A stretch of 63,917 bases of DNA, filler included, from Chiloscyllium plagiosum (GCF_004010195.1; 5 parts of one record of this genome joined end to end with filler, not necessarily neighbours in it), one strand, 5' to 3'; positions 13,505-27,580 are shown, numbered from the whole stretch's first letter. The notes: generated by a model from the letters alone, not told the origin. Numbers and translations: made by a program.

Positions 13505-14650
13505 AATGCAACAAGATCTGGATAATATCCAGGCTTGGGCTGACAAATGGCAAGTAACATTCACGTCACACAAATGCCAGGCTATGATCATCACCAATAA
13601 GAGATATCTAACCACCACCACCCCTTGTCATTCAATGGTGTTACATCACAGAATTCCCCACTGTCAAAATCCTGGGGTTCATCATTGACCAGAGGTTCAA
13701 CTGGACTCACCAGATAAACACAGTAGCTGCAGGAAACCTCAAAGGCTAGGAATGCTGCAGTGAGTAACTCACCTCTGACTCCCCAAAGCCTGTCCATTAC
13801 CTACAATGTCAGGAGTGAGATAGAATACTCCCCACTTGCCTGGTTGAGTGCAACTCCAACAACTTAGGTGGCACGGTGGCTCAGTGGTTAGCCTCACAGA
13901 AACAGGGACCCGGATTTGATTCCCGCTTCGGGCGATTCTCTGTGTGGAGTTTGCACATTCTCCCTGTATCTACGTGGGTTTCCTCCAGGTGCTCTGGTTT
14001 CCTCCCACAATTCAAAGATGTGCAGGTCAGGCGAACTGGTCATGCCAAATTGCCCACAGTGTTAGGTGCATTACTTAGCGGTAAATATTGGGTAGGGGAA
14101 TGGGTCTGGATGGGTTTCTCTTTGGAGCGTCGGTGTGGATTTGTTCTGCTAAAAGGCCTGTTTCCACACTGAAGGAAATCTAATTTAATCTAAACTTGCT
14201 TGACACCATCCAGGATAAAGCAGGCCTTCTTGATTGGCACTATATCCACAAGTATCCATTCCCTCCACCGCCAATGTTCAGTAGCAGCAGTGTGTACCAA
14301 CTGCAAGATGCACTGCAGAAATTCACTAAAGATCCTCGGACAGCACCTTCCAAATCCATGACCACTTCCATCTGGAAGAACAAGGGCAGCAGCTACATGG
14401 GAACACCACCACCTTCAAGTTCCCCTCCAAGTCACTTGGCACTCTGACTTGAAAATATATTGCCGTTCCTTCACTGTCAATGGGTCAAAATCCTGAAATT
14501 TCCTCCCTAATGGCATTGTGGGTCAACCAACAGCAGGCGGACTGCAGCAGTTCAAGAAGGCAACACACCACCACCTTCTCAAGGGCAACTCGGGATGGGC
14601 AATAAATGCTGGCACAGCCAACGATGCCCACATCCCACAAATGAATACAT
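13505..14650 (+). mobile_element. Second LINE family (CR1/Crack-like) 3' part, split by a SINE
   Basis: Encodes QQDLDNIQAWADKWQVTF and LDTIQDKA. Tail gggatgggcaataaatgctggc...atgaat. Confidence 0.8.
13867..14193 (+). mobile_element. HE1-type SINE inserted in a LINE
   Basis: ggtggcacggtggctcagtggttagc...tgtgtggagtttgcacattctccc...cctgtttccacactg followed by (taatc)n. Confidence 0.88.
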
Positions 14651-17600
14651 TTTAAAAAAAGAATTAGAATTCATTTTGGTCTTGGTTTCCTCAGCTCTTG
14701 ACCTTGGTATACACAACAGTGAGAATACAAAAATGGATAACCTTTGTGCGGTAGTGATGACAAATTCTTGAACGGAATCAGAAAATTGAAGATAATTACA
14801 TGAGAATTAAGCATCATGGCAGCTTCCAAGGGGATTAAAATTTGAATGAAGAATTAATGCTTTGGAATTCACTAATCAAATGTGTTAAGATATGTAATTT
14901 CATCCGTGAATTGGATGCCCAGAGTTTGGAGAGTTCCCTGTTTGCAAGCCTAGCTTTTAAAAATGTCTCATAGAATGTCAAAGTTTTGGTACATATGTCA
15001 TGGGTGGGGTGGCCCAGAGTTGGTGAGCAGGATACCAGGTGCATTCCAGAGGGGTTGGGCTCTGGCACTGTGTCCAAACATTGTTTTAAAAAACGATTAA
15101 AATATAAAGCCTCGCCACTCACCTCTCCACACGCTCCATCCACGACAATCAATGCCAGCTCATGCTCTTTAATCACTGCTTAAACCTTTATGACCTTCAA
15201 GCCAACCTATGGCCTCCTGGCAAACCCACACACGGCCTTTCTTAGACCCTATGTCAAATTAGTGCCAACCCATGTCAAAGCATTCCCCTCCCAAACCATC
15301 ACCTTTACCATTCCAACTCATCCAGTATTCACTGTGGGTAAATTTCAGCACCTACACAGAGATGAGATAAAAATAAAGTTCTAAGTAGGTATCACAGAAT
15401 TTACTATAATGAGAAACATTCTCATTCATAAAAGCCTATTTACTACATTCAACAATGCCTTAATTATGTAATGCATTTCCTCAAGAAACATTTCATTGAA
15501 GTTCATAATTCTTCTAACAGAAGCATTCGAATTCAGAGGCCCACTCAAAGGAATTTACAACCACTGGCAGCTGGCAATCAAACTGTAAAATGCAGGCAGC
15601 CCACTGTTATAATGGATGCGCGAGGAATCATCATGTAGCAGTAGTTCAGTAATGGAAACCCTCAGGGTTAGGTCAGCATACAGAGTGAAATAGCAAGCAA
15701 TGTTTTTTTTAACCACAGCACAGTTTTTTTCAAAGCTTTAGAAAGCAGGACATTTAAATGCCTTGACAGCTTGAGAGTTCCTTTTGACACTTTTGACAAG
15801 TCCTCTTGACAGTTTCAGCAAACTTTTTATACTTGTGAATGTAGTCACCAATAATAAAGGAAATAATTTACAATGGACGCTTTGATGATGACACGTATGT
15901 GTGGACAGATCAGGTGCACACAAGTTTAGTGCTACTGCCAATTGGATAGCCATTAGTAGAGCAATTGGCATTGAAAAGATTAGTCACAGGCTTTTCGACT
16001 CATATAATTGTTTTCCATCCTTTGGACTGAATATCAATTTCTGATACAGCTCCTTCAATAGGTAAAGATCACTTTTAAGAATGGCAGGTCTTACTTTGGA
16101 CACAATGAAAGCATCTTTCCATCATTTGAACAAACTGGTCTGTGTTTAATGCTGTTCTTCCTCTTCCGAGGCTAAGTTATTTGTTGTTGAGCAAAGACCT
16201 GAGTGCCTGGAAACTCCAAACTAGGATGTGCTAAGCAATGCTTTCCTTCTGAAATTTTCCAAAAGCTGATCAAAAACAAAAACAATTGAAGCAGCACTTA
16301 CTAAGAGGTTTTCAATGCAAAGGTAGTTGTTTGAACATAGAATCAGGTATCCATGTTACACCTCGCACCCATCTTTATCAATACTGCTGCATTTAGGAAA
16401 TGTCTTTTTAAAATAGGGGATTCATCAATAGAAAGTAAGAGGAAGATTGAGTAAAATGCAATGTTTGAAATCACATAGCTGCTCAATTTCTTTTCTAACT
16501 GCAAGCAAGAACATTCTATCAGTCATATGGGTCACTAATGGCACAAAATCTTACATCCTCAAGAAAGGGCAGAGACATAGTGGAACATATCTGACCTATT
16601 TCCTGCACCCTATTTATTCAAAGTACGCTGAAACACCAGTGGATAAAATGTAGCCTCTGGTTTCAAATTAAGCCTGGATTGATGAGATTAAAGTCGTATC
16701 ACTCTGCTGCTCATTGTGAAATAACTGTCACAGATCCTGCTGGGACTACACCCACAATACCCATCATCCCCAATTGCAAGCTAATTAAATGGTTAAGACA
16801 AAGCAGAATGGTGATTGGTGTGGGAAATGGCAATGCATCAAGATGCTATTTTAAGATCTGGCCAAAACAAAGCGAACTCTACACTGCAGTTAGATGGGGT
16901 CTTGTGATGCAATAGTAGTATCCCTAACCCTAGGGCAAAATTTTCTGAATTTAAGACCCACCTGAATCAGAAGTTGTTGTAAAATCTCTGAACAGGTTGA
17001 TGAAAAATAGTTACACTGCAGTTGGCTGCACAGTACCTGATGGTGACTCTGCATGACTGATGCAGTACAGTGAATCCCTCAGTTCACATAGACATGTTAA
17101 AGAGTATTGTGATGTTCAACTATAACAGAACATGGGTGATGGGAGGCTATCAGTAAGGAATCAGTCAGAGTAGTCATGTTTTAATAAATCAGAAACCCTG
17201 GTAATAACTAAGGAGATTATTTACACTCTGGATATGTGAAGTCTTGTCCATTGTGCGAATGGACAATTGTAAGAACCCAATATCATTATACTAGCACAAT
17301 GAAAAACAATTAAGGCAATAGATCTAATCGTGTATCACCTTTCCTGAGAAAAGTGTAATCTCTACGCTTAATGTGCTATGGCAATGAAATTGGACACCAC
17401 AGGTATTGTCACATATAAAAAAATCACAAATAACTCAATTTTAATAGATATTTGTAAAGTTAACATTAGTACGAGCTGAAATTGTTTTTATATATTATTG
17501 CACTGTGAAAGGCAACATAAAAGGGCTGTTTAAAAAAACACTATTGTATGCAGGCTCATGTATACTGGCAGTCTTGGTATTAATATCATTCTTTTGAACA

Positions 17601-20152
17601 TCCAGCAAGGAGAATTAATGAATTCACAACATGTGGCACATTGTTTTTGTGGCTGAATTAGTAACCTGTGTGGCCCCATTCCTGATGCAACAGATAACTT
17701 CAACTCTTTCCAGCTCAATGCAATTGCTGGAAGCCCCCTGGAGTCAATTTGGCACCTTGCTACTTCTGAATAGCCTTGTGTTAATCACCCTTCACAAAAC
17801 CTGGCTATTTTATAGCTTTTCAACATCAAAAGATTTAATTGTTTTGTCTGCCAATGTGTGATCCTGACGATCCATGCCATGGAAGCAATAACGCTTTGGG
17901 TATCAAACGCAGCTGATGTAACTCTTGTTGTTTGGTTAACCTACTTCAGAGATGAGAATCTGTTATATTAAAAAGAAATCACTTGGTTCAGCCTCAGTGC
18001 AGAATGCACTCTTGATTGACTGCAAGTGAAGCTGTCAGCCTCAACAGTCATCACTGTCGAGAGCTCATGTCATCTGTCAGTGTCTGTTCCGCTTACTGTA
18101 CCACCGGCACGGTGTGGGCTGTTGCTTCCCAAATGATATCTCACTGCCAAAATCATGTTACTCTCTCATCACTCATCTCACAGCTGTCAAAACTGGCAGT
18201 CATTGATTATTTCTGTTTTTTTAATGTTTCCAGTTCAGGAAGGGCAGTATCTACTTTTACTCTTTAATACCCCAGGATAGTTATATTACTTTTTGCTCTG
18301 TTGATACACATGTACATGAACTGTATGAAAGTCAAAGTCGATCCATTTTCTCACACAAAATCATATCTTCAATTTGACAGCTGCAATCGTACAGCAGTAA
18401 AGACTTCTTCTATCTGAAAATAAGTAAATCGCATAAAAGTGACGGTGCAGTGAGCTCCTACACATGTATTGTAATACATTTCTAATATGTAGTACTAAAA
18501 ATTGTTGTGTAGATATGCCATAACATATGTCAGATGCACTTTATGAAAAATAAAATATGAATCGAATTGGGAGATGAGGTACATCAATTGGAATAACGAA
18601 ATACATTGAAGTCTAAGAACTGAACATAGGCATAATTAGAGAAAAAAAATGAAGTACAAATGTGAGCTGAAGGCTAGGAGAATAATATCAAGTAGCCAAG
18701 TGGGCATATGGGACATAAGCAAGCAAACTGAGGAAAACACAAAATGAAATGTGAGCTAAATACAAACAGATGAAAATGAAATTCAAGTTGAACTGTAAAC
18801 CAAATAGGCAAGCCGAAAATGAAGTGTACATCTAAATATGAGATTCATACAGATTCTAAATATGAGATTCATACAGGCACATAGAGAATGAAACAAGGGT
18901 CAAAATAAAAAAAAACTCGCATGCTGAGGATATAATGCTACAAAGGATGTTTTTGTCCATCTGGCAAGATCATTTCCATCACTACAGTTCAAACAACCAG
19001 GGTTAGGAAAATACTGTCATTTTCATACTCTGTAAGTCAAAGATGTTCCTGTGCTTGGTTGATCATTAGTGTGATTCACTTTGTCTTCAATTTTGTTTGT
19101 AATAGTTAAATAATCCTAATCGTTCATTTCCTACTCTGAAAGGTGAGATATCATAATGTGCTTTACCTGCCCACACACAAAGGCTAGTAAAGGCAAATAT
19201 TATTGTAAATTTTCAAGATTAAAAAAAAAGTGGCTGGAATTTGTATTACTGCTCCTTTAATTCAGAAAATAGCTTTAATATTCAGTATTATTGCCTTAAC
19301 ATGTGTTTTTAAGGTGACACACTTTGATATAGTTCCTCTGATACTGTGCAGGACAATGAGCAGCAAGACTCCACCACCAACTTCTGTCCTTTGCAATTTC
19401 TTTTGGTCTAGCCCAGATGGTATCCCACTCTTGAAGATTTTCCTCACATGAATTTTATCAGATGTTCTTTGGCGAGCTCCATCTTCGATTACAATCTGGT
19501 GGTGTTATTCTATTGCCGCTCCAGTGGGGTTTAGAAGGTAAAATAAGGGTTCCTATAGTCTCAGTCGTTGTTGTCATGACATCTGAATATGTTGGAATAC
19601 TCCCTACTTGCCTGGATAATTGCAGCTCCAACAATACTTGAGAAGCTTGGCACCATGCAGAACAAAAGCAGTCTGTTTGAATGGCAACACATCCATGAAC
19701 TTTCATTCTCTTCCCCAATGAAGTGTGTACAATCTACAAGATGCACCGCAGAATTCATCAAAGCTCTTTAGACAGCATCATCAGGACCCATGTCCACTGC
19801 CATCTAGAAGAACAATTGTTGGATTAGTAGGGAATCTAATATTTAATAATTGACTTAATTTAGTTATCATCACTTTATCAAAATTTGTTAATTGATAAAT
19901 TTAATATATTATTCTGCTTAAGTGTAACCAATGCATATTTGGTCCTGTAAAATCATGTGATTGTTTAGCTTCATGTAACAAAGAAATGTACCATGAGATT
20001 ATAAACAGCAAAAAGGCAACCTAATGTTTCAACTTATAATTGCAAGGGTGACAGAGCTCTATTTAGATTAAAATCGAGGCTTCCAAGTTTGAATCAGATA
20101 GAGATAGTGTGCTCTGGGCTGGTTAGCCCTTATTAAGGAATCATAAGCACAC

Positions 20153-20392
20153 CTTGCCCTTGTATTGGTGTGTTCAGAGGCCCGATGTGGCCTCCTCTAT
20201 ATTGGGGACCCGATGTGGCCTCCTCTATATTGGGGAGACAGGCCGCCTATGCGGAATGGTTCAGAGAACACCTCTGGGACACCCGGACCAACCAACCCAA
20301 CCACCCCGTGGCTCAACATTTCAACTCCCCTCCTACTCCACCAAGGACATGCAGGTCCTTGGACTCCTCCATTGCCAGACCATAGCAATACG
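20153..20392 (+). mobile_element. PLE GIY-YIG fragment
   Basis: Encodes TRCGLLYIGETGR and FREHLWDTRTNQPNHPVAQHFNSP. Internal 28-bp duplication near 20180-20238. Confidence 0.85.
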
Positions 20393-20492
20393 NNNNNNNN
20401 NNNNNNNNNNNNNNNNNNNNNNNNNNNNNNNNNNNNTTAATTAATTAANNNNNNNNNNNNNNNNNNNNNNNNNNNNNNNNNNNNNNNNNNNN

Positions 20493-21410
20493 CGAGAGTG
20501 TGGAGCTGGAAAAGCACAGAAAGTCAGGCAGCATCTGAGGAGCAGGAGAATCAACATTTCTGGCAAGAGCCCTTCATCAGGAATGAGGCTTGTGAGCCGA
20601 GGGGGTGGAGGGATAAATGAGAGGGTGAGGTGGGGCTGGGGGGAAGGTAGCTGAGAGTGTGATAGGTAGATAGAGGTGGAGGTAATGGTGATAGGTTAGA
20701 GAGGAGGGTAGAGCGAATAGGTGGGAAGGAAGATGGACAGGTAGTACAGGTCATGAGGGCGATTCAGAGTTGGAAGGTTGGAACTGGGATAAGGTGGGTG
20801 GAGGGGAAATGAGGAAATTGGTGAAATCCACATTTATGCTGTGTGTTTGGAGGGTCCCAAGGCAGAAAGTGAAGTGTTCTTCCTCCAGGTGTCGGGTGTT
20901 TAGGGTGTGATGATGGAGAAGGCCCAGGACCTGCATATCCTTGCCAGAGTTGGCGGGGTGGGGTGGGGAGGGGGAGTTGGGCCTCCTCCATTGCCACACC
21001 CTAACAACTCGATGCCTGGACGAAGAACGCCACATCGTCTGCCTTGGGACCCTCCAACCACACGGCATATATGTGGCTTTTGCCAGTTTCTTCATTTCCC
21101 TTCCTCCCACCTTATCCCGGTTCCAACCTTCCAACTCGGCACTGCCCTCATGACCTGTCCTACCTGTCCATCTTCCTTCCCACCTATCCACTCCACCCTC
21201 CTCTCTGTCCTATCGCAATTACCCCCACCGCCATCTACCTATCGCACTCTCGGCTACCTGCCTCCCCAGCCCCACTCCCTCTCATTTATCTCTCCACCCC
21301 CTTGGCTCACAAGTCTCATTCCTAAGGAAAGGCTGTTGCCTGAAACGTCTATTCTCCTGCTCCTCGGATGCTGCCTGACCTGCTGTGTTTTTCCAGCAAC
21401 ACACTCTCGA
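20493..21410. mobile_element. Large inverted PLE pair (two roughly 430-bp arms)
   Basis: The minus arm (about 20495-20950) and plus arm (about 20980-21410) each have the CLGTLQ end, a pyrimidine-rich UTR and a pLTR. Confidence 0.85.
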
Positions 21411-21479
21411 CTATTGTAATGTCAGTAATGTAGCATAACTTTGCAAAAAGCACGGTGCTGCAAACACTGAGGGATAAAT

Positions 21480-21710
21480 ATTGGCATAAACTCCCAGCTC
21501 TTCTTCAAAATAGTGCTATACGATTCTTTATATCTCAGTGAGAAATCAAACGGAGACACCATCGGACATCTCCTCTGAGTGACTGCAATGCTGACAATGA
21601 AGCACTTCGCCTGTATAGTACAAGAGGGCAGAAGCTTCTACACTTTCAAAATTTTGTGGTGTTGGACCATTTGTTGATCCCGACCCATAAGATTTCACTA
21701 CTGAGCATAA
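21480..21710 (-). mobile_element. Old DeuSINE-like (SacSINE1/AmnSINE1-like) fragment; weaker copy near 49550-49700 (+)
   Basis: ctcccagctcttcttcaaaatagtgc..gacaatgaagcact resembles the reverse Deu domain as recalled. Confidence 0.55.
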
Positions 21711-22314
21711 TTAAGGGCTCACTAACCTTTTATTTGTCAAGATTGTCTCGCGCTGTAGATAGGCTAAAGCTGCAGCTATAGGGACCTTTCTCTCTGTGAA
21801 ATAAAAGTCAGTGAGTGGACCCAGTCTGCCTCAATCCAATCTTTACATGCTTCCACTGAACTACTCCCAAAGCTACCTTCATACAATCAAGAAAATTACA
21901 CCCAAAGTATCATCCTGAATTGTTTGCATTCCAATCTTTGGACTTGAAGCCATAACCTTCTGAGTCAAAGGCAAGAAGAAACCAGGAAATGAAGGTAATG
22001 ATCTGAAATCATCTTGTCTACCTTAATATGGAACTCCAGCTCATCAGCACCAAATTTGCCAAGTTTTGCTGTAATTTACTGATTATTTTTCCTCACTGCT
22101 GAAAACAACTTCAAAGACAGTTCAATTATTAGTTGAATACAAAAGTGCTTGTGGCTTTGTTACTCTTGATCACTGTCCTCTCCACCAGGACCAGAAGCTT
22201 CTAAAAATGTTGCTAACTCCTCTCTCATGTATCTCCCACTGCCTTTACTGCACCATGGGCAGCCACAGTGATGTGCCTGTATTGTTCGCAAGACAAAGCT
22301 TTTCACTGTACCTT

Positions 22315-22375
22315 GGTTTCCATTTCCATTCCATTCTATTCCCCTCCATTCCATTCCCCTCCCCTCCCCACCCCA
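22315..22375 (+). repeat. (CCATT)n/(CCCCT)n simple repeat
   Basis: Visible directly. Confidence 0.85.
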
Positions 22376-22974
22376 GGTCAATGCTATGATCTTATAGTCT
22401 CTGAAATTCCCTCTTTATTCATTGTTCCCTCTCTGACAGGTTTTAGGACCTTTTCTAATCTTTATTCTTTTGACTAAGTTTTCAGTTGCCCCTCTTAGTG
22501 ATGTTATCAATTTTTGTTCTCAGCCAGTCCTTGTCATAAGCCAAAGGACTGCAAGAATGTAATTGTTTCAGTATGGTCTGTGGGTGGTATTACAGTCATA
22601 AAATGACTGAATGTTGGCCAAATCCATTTACTACACTTTAAATATCTATGGCTGATTTACAACTGTAAGCAATGACCACAGATAAGATAAAATGGTTGAA
22701 GTTTTTTCAGTTCTTAATACTGTATAAAAAAAGGCTGATGCAGTATTCATGCCGTGAGATGCAAGTTTTATAGTTATGAAATCAATCTTTTACTTCAAGA
22801 ATATGCTGAAGATATACATATACACCTGTATATGATCCCTCCATCTTCATATCTCCACAATTAACCTTGTCCCACCATTGCACACTTACAAGTATTATCC
22901 CCTGCTACCCAAACTCAGGGTGATGAATCAAACTCCCTTACATTGAGGATATGTCAGTCACCATGTGATAAGCG

Positions 22975-23462
22975 CTGAAAATGTGTTGCTGGAACAGCGC
23001 AGCAGGTCAGTCAGCATCCAAGGAACAGGAGAATCGACGTTTCAGGCATAAGCCCTTCTTCAGGAATGAGGAAAGTGTGTCCAGCAGGCTAAGATAAAAG
23101 GTAGGGAGGAGGGACTTGGGGGAGGGGCGTTGGAAATGCGATAGGTGGAATGAGGTCAAGGTGAGGGTGATAGGTCAGACTGGGGTGGGGACGGAGAGGT
23201 CGGGAAGAAGATTGCAGGTTAGGAAGGCGGTGCTGAATTTGATGGATTTGACTGAGACAGGCTGGGGAGAGGGGAAATGAGGAAACTGGAGAAATCTGAG
23301 TTCATCCCTTGTGGTTGGAGGGTTCCTAACCGGAAGATGAGGCGTTCTTCCTCCAACCATCGTTTCGCTGTGGTCTGACGATGGAGGAGTCCAAAGACCT
23401 GCATATCCTTGGTGGAGTGGGAGGGGGAATTGAAATGTTGAGCCACAGGGTGGTTGGGTTGG
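22975..23462 (-). mobile_element. PLE 3' fragment with pLTR
   Basis: Encodes AQHFNSPSHSTKDMQVFGLL...EEERLIFRLGTLQPQG. Hammerhead on the minus strand near 23035-23066. Confidence 0.85.
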
Positions 23463-23479
23463 TACAGGAGTGGTACAGA

Positions 23480-23795
23480 TAAGATGAATAGCAGTTCTCT
23501 TTTATATAGGGTGAGTTTTCAAGACTACAGGGGATATTTTTAAAGGTGAGAGGAGGAAGAATTTTAAAAAAAGACATGAGGATTATTTTTTAGAAACAAA
23601 GAAAGAGGTTTGTGTGTGGAATGAATTTCCAGAGAAAGTGGTGGATATGGGTATTGTTACAAAGTTTAAAAGACAATTAGATAAGTACATGAATAAGAAA
23701 TGTTTGGAGGGATATGAGTCAAGCGCAGGTTTAGTTTGCGATTATGGTCAACATGGACTGGTTGGACCATTGGGTCTGTTTCTATGCTGTATGAC
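23480..23795 (+). mobile_element. CR1 3' end
   Basis: Encodes WNEFPEKVV...FKRQLDKYM. Confidence 0.8.
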
Positions 23796-24094
23796 TCAAT
23801 TCAAGAACTAAATCAATGTGGCTCGAGGTAAGGAGCAATTACATCACTCAGTATAGTCTATAGGCTCCCAGCAAGTGGGAAGAATGCAGAAGAACAAATC
23901 TGCAGGGAAATTAGAAGAATGTCCGTAATATAGAGAAATAACAATGGGGAACTTTAATTACCGAAATATAAACCAGGATACTTGAATTGTAAAGGGCAGA
24001 GGGGGGCAAGCATTCCTTAATTTCATGCAGAAGAATTTCCTACACCAATACACGTCCAGTCCAACAAAGAACATACGCTTGGACTCATCATAAT

Positions 24095-25020
24095 AATAGA
24101 AGCAGGAGTAGGCCTTTCGGCCCATTGAGCCTGCTCTGACATTCATTAAGATCTTGGCTGATCTATCAATCGTCTCAGCTCCTCCTACCTGCATTATCCC
24201 CATAACCCTTAATTTCCCTACCATGCAAAAACTCACCCAACTGTGTCTTGAATATATTTAATGAAGCTGCTGTTACTGCGTCCTTGGGCAGAGAATTCCA
24301 TAGATTCAGTACTCTCTGGGAAAAGCAGTTCCTCCTCATCCTGTCCTAAATCTACTCCCCCTAATGTTGAGGCCATGTCCTCTAGTCCTAGTTTCAACCA
24401 CCAGCTGAAATGACCTGCCCGCCTCTATCTTCTCTATCCCTTTCATAATTTTAATGTTTCTCTAAGATCCCCTCTCATTCTTCCAAATTCTAGCAAGTAC
24501 AGTCCCAAGTGGCTCAACCTCTCCTCATAGGGTAACCCCTTCATGTCAGAAGTCAACCTGGTGAACCTCCTCTGCACCGCCTCCAAAGCCAGTATATCCT
24601 TCCTCAAGTAAGGAGATCAGAACTGTGCCCAATACTCCAGATGCTGCCTCGCTAACACCTTGTCCAATTGCAATAGAACCTCTCTGCTTTTAAATTCAAT
24701 TCCTCGTGCAATGAAAACCAATATTCCGTTGGCCTTCCTGATTACCTGTTGCAAACGCAAATCTACTTTTAGGAGTGTTCATATATGAATCACTAAGTCC
24801 CAGTGCACAACAACATGCTGCAATCTTTCATCATCTAAGTAATACTCTGACCTACTATTTTTACTTCCAAAGTGGATAACCTGACATTTACCAACATATT
24901 ACTCCCATCTGCCAAACCCTTGCAAACTCACTTAACTGATCTAAACCTCTGTGCAGACCCACCACATCCTCTGCACAGTTTGTCGTTCCACTCAATTTAG
25001 TGTTATCAGCAAACTTGGAT
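24095..25020 (-). mobile_element. CR1 ORF2 3' part
   Basis: Encodes SKFADNTKL...WQM, plus CR1 3' UTR. Confidence 0.8.
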
Positions 25021-25420
25021 AGTTGTGGGACTATGAGGTTCGAGGCGGTGGATGGGAGATCCCCTGAGGTGATGAGGTTATGGATGGTCTGGGAGATGAT
25101 TGTTTGGTGGTGGGGTGGGGTCATGGTCAACGGGGCAGTAGGAGGAGGTATCTGCGAGCTGGCGTTTGGCCTCAGCAGTGTAAAGGTTGGTGCACCAAAC
25201 TACTACCGCGCCTCTCTTGTCTGCTGGTTTGATAGTGAGGTTGGGGTTGCAACGGGGGGAGTGGAGGGCTGCGCGTTCCGAGGGTGAGAGGTTTGAGTGG
25301 GTGAGAGGGGTGGGGGAGTTCAGGTGGCGGATAATATCGCAGCGGCAGTTGGCTATGAAGAGGTCGAGGGCAGGTAGGAGGCCAGCACGGGGTGTCCAGG
25401 TGGATGGGGTATGTTGGAGG
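25021..25420 (-). mobile_element. PLE ORF fragment upstream of RT
   Basis: Encodes SNLSPSERAALHS...LTIKPADKRGAVVVW, the PLE IKPADKG motif. Confidence 0.85.
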
Positions 25421-25929
25421 CGTGAGATAACCATGTGATAACCCAAGCTTGACGATTCAACTCTCGCATCATACTTCCAGGCCAGAATTTTGCTCTTCCT
25501 CACTTGTGGATATTTCTGCTTTCATGCATTGGGACTTTCAATGGTTGCAATTCATTATGGATTCTCTACACCAGATCACCAACCAGGATTTCAACAGAAG
25601 ACAATCAAGTAACCTCTACATTAGGAAATGATAAATTTGTTTAAGATTTAATTTTAGTCGATGTGAATAGGGTTTTGAATTAAATATGTTAGGAAAAACT
25701 AGGAGTACAAAACATAAGAGCATAGGATGAAATAAAGACTTGCAGGGAGGCAATGGCCTTGTGGTATCATCACTAGACTATTAATCCAGAGACCCTGGTA
25801 ATATCCTGAATACTTGGGTTCAAATCCTGCTATGGCAGACGGTGGATACTAAATTTAGTAAAATCTGGAACCAATAGTCTAATGATGAATAGATGCTCTT
25901 TTCACAAAAGCATTGCATGTTTAGACCAG

Positions 25930-27580
25930 CCATAGAAGCAGATGTAAACAATTCAACCAATCAAGTTTGCTTCATGATTCAATGAGATCATTGCTGATCT
26001 GATAATCCTCTCCACCATTTCCTACCTTTTCCCCCAACCCTTGATTACCTTAAAGATTAAGAATCTATCTACTTTAGTCTTAAATATACTTAACTACCCA
26101 ACCTCTACAACCTTCCACAGTAAATAAATCCACAGATTTACTGCCCTCTAAGACAAGAATTTCAACCTGATCTCAATGGCAACTGGGTGATCCCTTATTC
26201 TGAGATTATACCGTATGCCCTAGACTCTTCTACCAGGGAAAACAACCTCTCAGCATCTACCCTGTCAAGCCCCCCAGGAATATTAAGTTTCATTAAGGTC
26301 TCCTCTCACTCTTATATAACCCATTGAGCATAGGCCCAACCTGCTCATAAGTAAACCCCTTTCTCTCTGGAATCAGTCTCATGAACCTTCTCTGGTTTTT
26401 CGCCAATGCCAATACATCTCTCCTTAGATAAAATGCCCCAAACTGTTACAGTATTCTAGCTGTGGTATGTTTAATGCCTTATATAGTTTTAGCACGATCT
26501 CCCTATTTTTATTCCCTTAGAAATAAAGGAAAATGCTCCATTCACTTTCCCTACTACCTGCTGAACTCGGATGTAAATCTTTTTGACTCATGAATGGGAA
26601 CTCCAGTCCATTTGTCCTGTAGCTTGCTACACTATTTCTCCCTTAACATAATATTCAGCTCCTCTCCTTTTCCTGCCAAAATTCATAACATCACATTTTT
26701 CCACAATATGTTTTATCTGCCAAGAATTTTATTCATGCATGTAACCTGTCTCCTTCCGCAGTTTAGATCAAAGTAGTGCTGGAAAAGCACAGCAAGTCAA
26801 GCAGCATCCAAGGAGCAGGAAAATTGATGTTTCGGGCAACAGCCCTTCATCCTGCTGAAGGGCTTTTGCCCGAAACACCAATTTTCCTGCTCCTCAGATG
26901 CTGCCTGACCTACTGTGCTTTTCCAGCACTACTCTGATCTAAACTCTGGTTTCCAGCATCGGCAGTCCTCACTTTTGCCTAGCTCCTTCCGCAGACTATT
27001 TGTGACACTCTCACCACTTGCCTTCCAACCTTTCTGGTTCTCATCCACAACCTTTGCAATAGATAGACAGCATGACACTTCTATCATTCAAGTCATTAAT
27101 GTAGATGAAAATAATTGTGGGTCTAGCACTGACCACTGCAGAACTCCACTAATTAAAGTTTTCCATTCTGAAAATGATCCCCTTATTCCAAACTGTCTGT
27201 TTTCTATTACTTAGCCATTCCTCTATGCATGTTAATATAATGCCCAAACACCATGCTTCTTATTAAATAGCATTACATAGTCTTTTGGAAATCCAATTAT
27301 ATAATCATCTACCTAGCTTGCTCGGTACCTCCTCAAAGAATTCTAATAAATTTGTCAGGCATGATTTCCCCTTCATGGAGCCATGCTGATTCTGCTTCAC
27401 TTTATTATGCTTTGCTAATGCGTTCCTTGTAATAATCTGTAATATCTTCCTAATGACAGATATTAAGCCAACTGGCCTACAGTTAACTTTGTTTGTCTCC
27501 CCTCCTTTTTGAAAAGGAACGATAAGTTGCTGTTTTACCAATCCTTTGGAACTTTTCCAGATTCTGAGAATCCTTGCAAG
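25930..27580 (-). mobile_element. Degenerate CR1 ORF2
   Basis: Encodes NCRPVGLIS...QHGSMKGKSCLTNLLEFFEEV. Confidence 0.8.
26762..26982. mobile_element. Palindromic PLE pLTR mini-element (family A) inside a CR1
   Basis: Inverted arms. 12-bp TSD ctccttccgcag at 26750-26761 and 26983-26994. Confidence 0.85.

Noticed and set aside
13307..13525. ORF containing VCCHPHP, resembling UBE3D WCCHPDP
   Set aside because: Flanking residues do not match, all frames from the nearby acceptor (13198) hit stops, and the end runs into a LINE.
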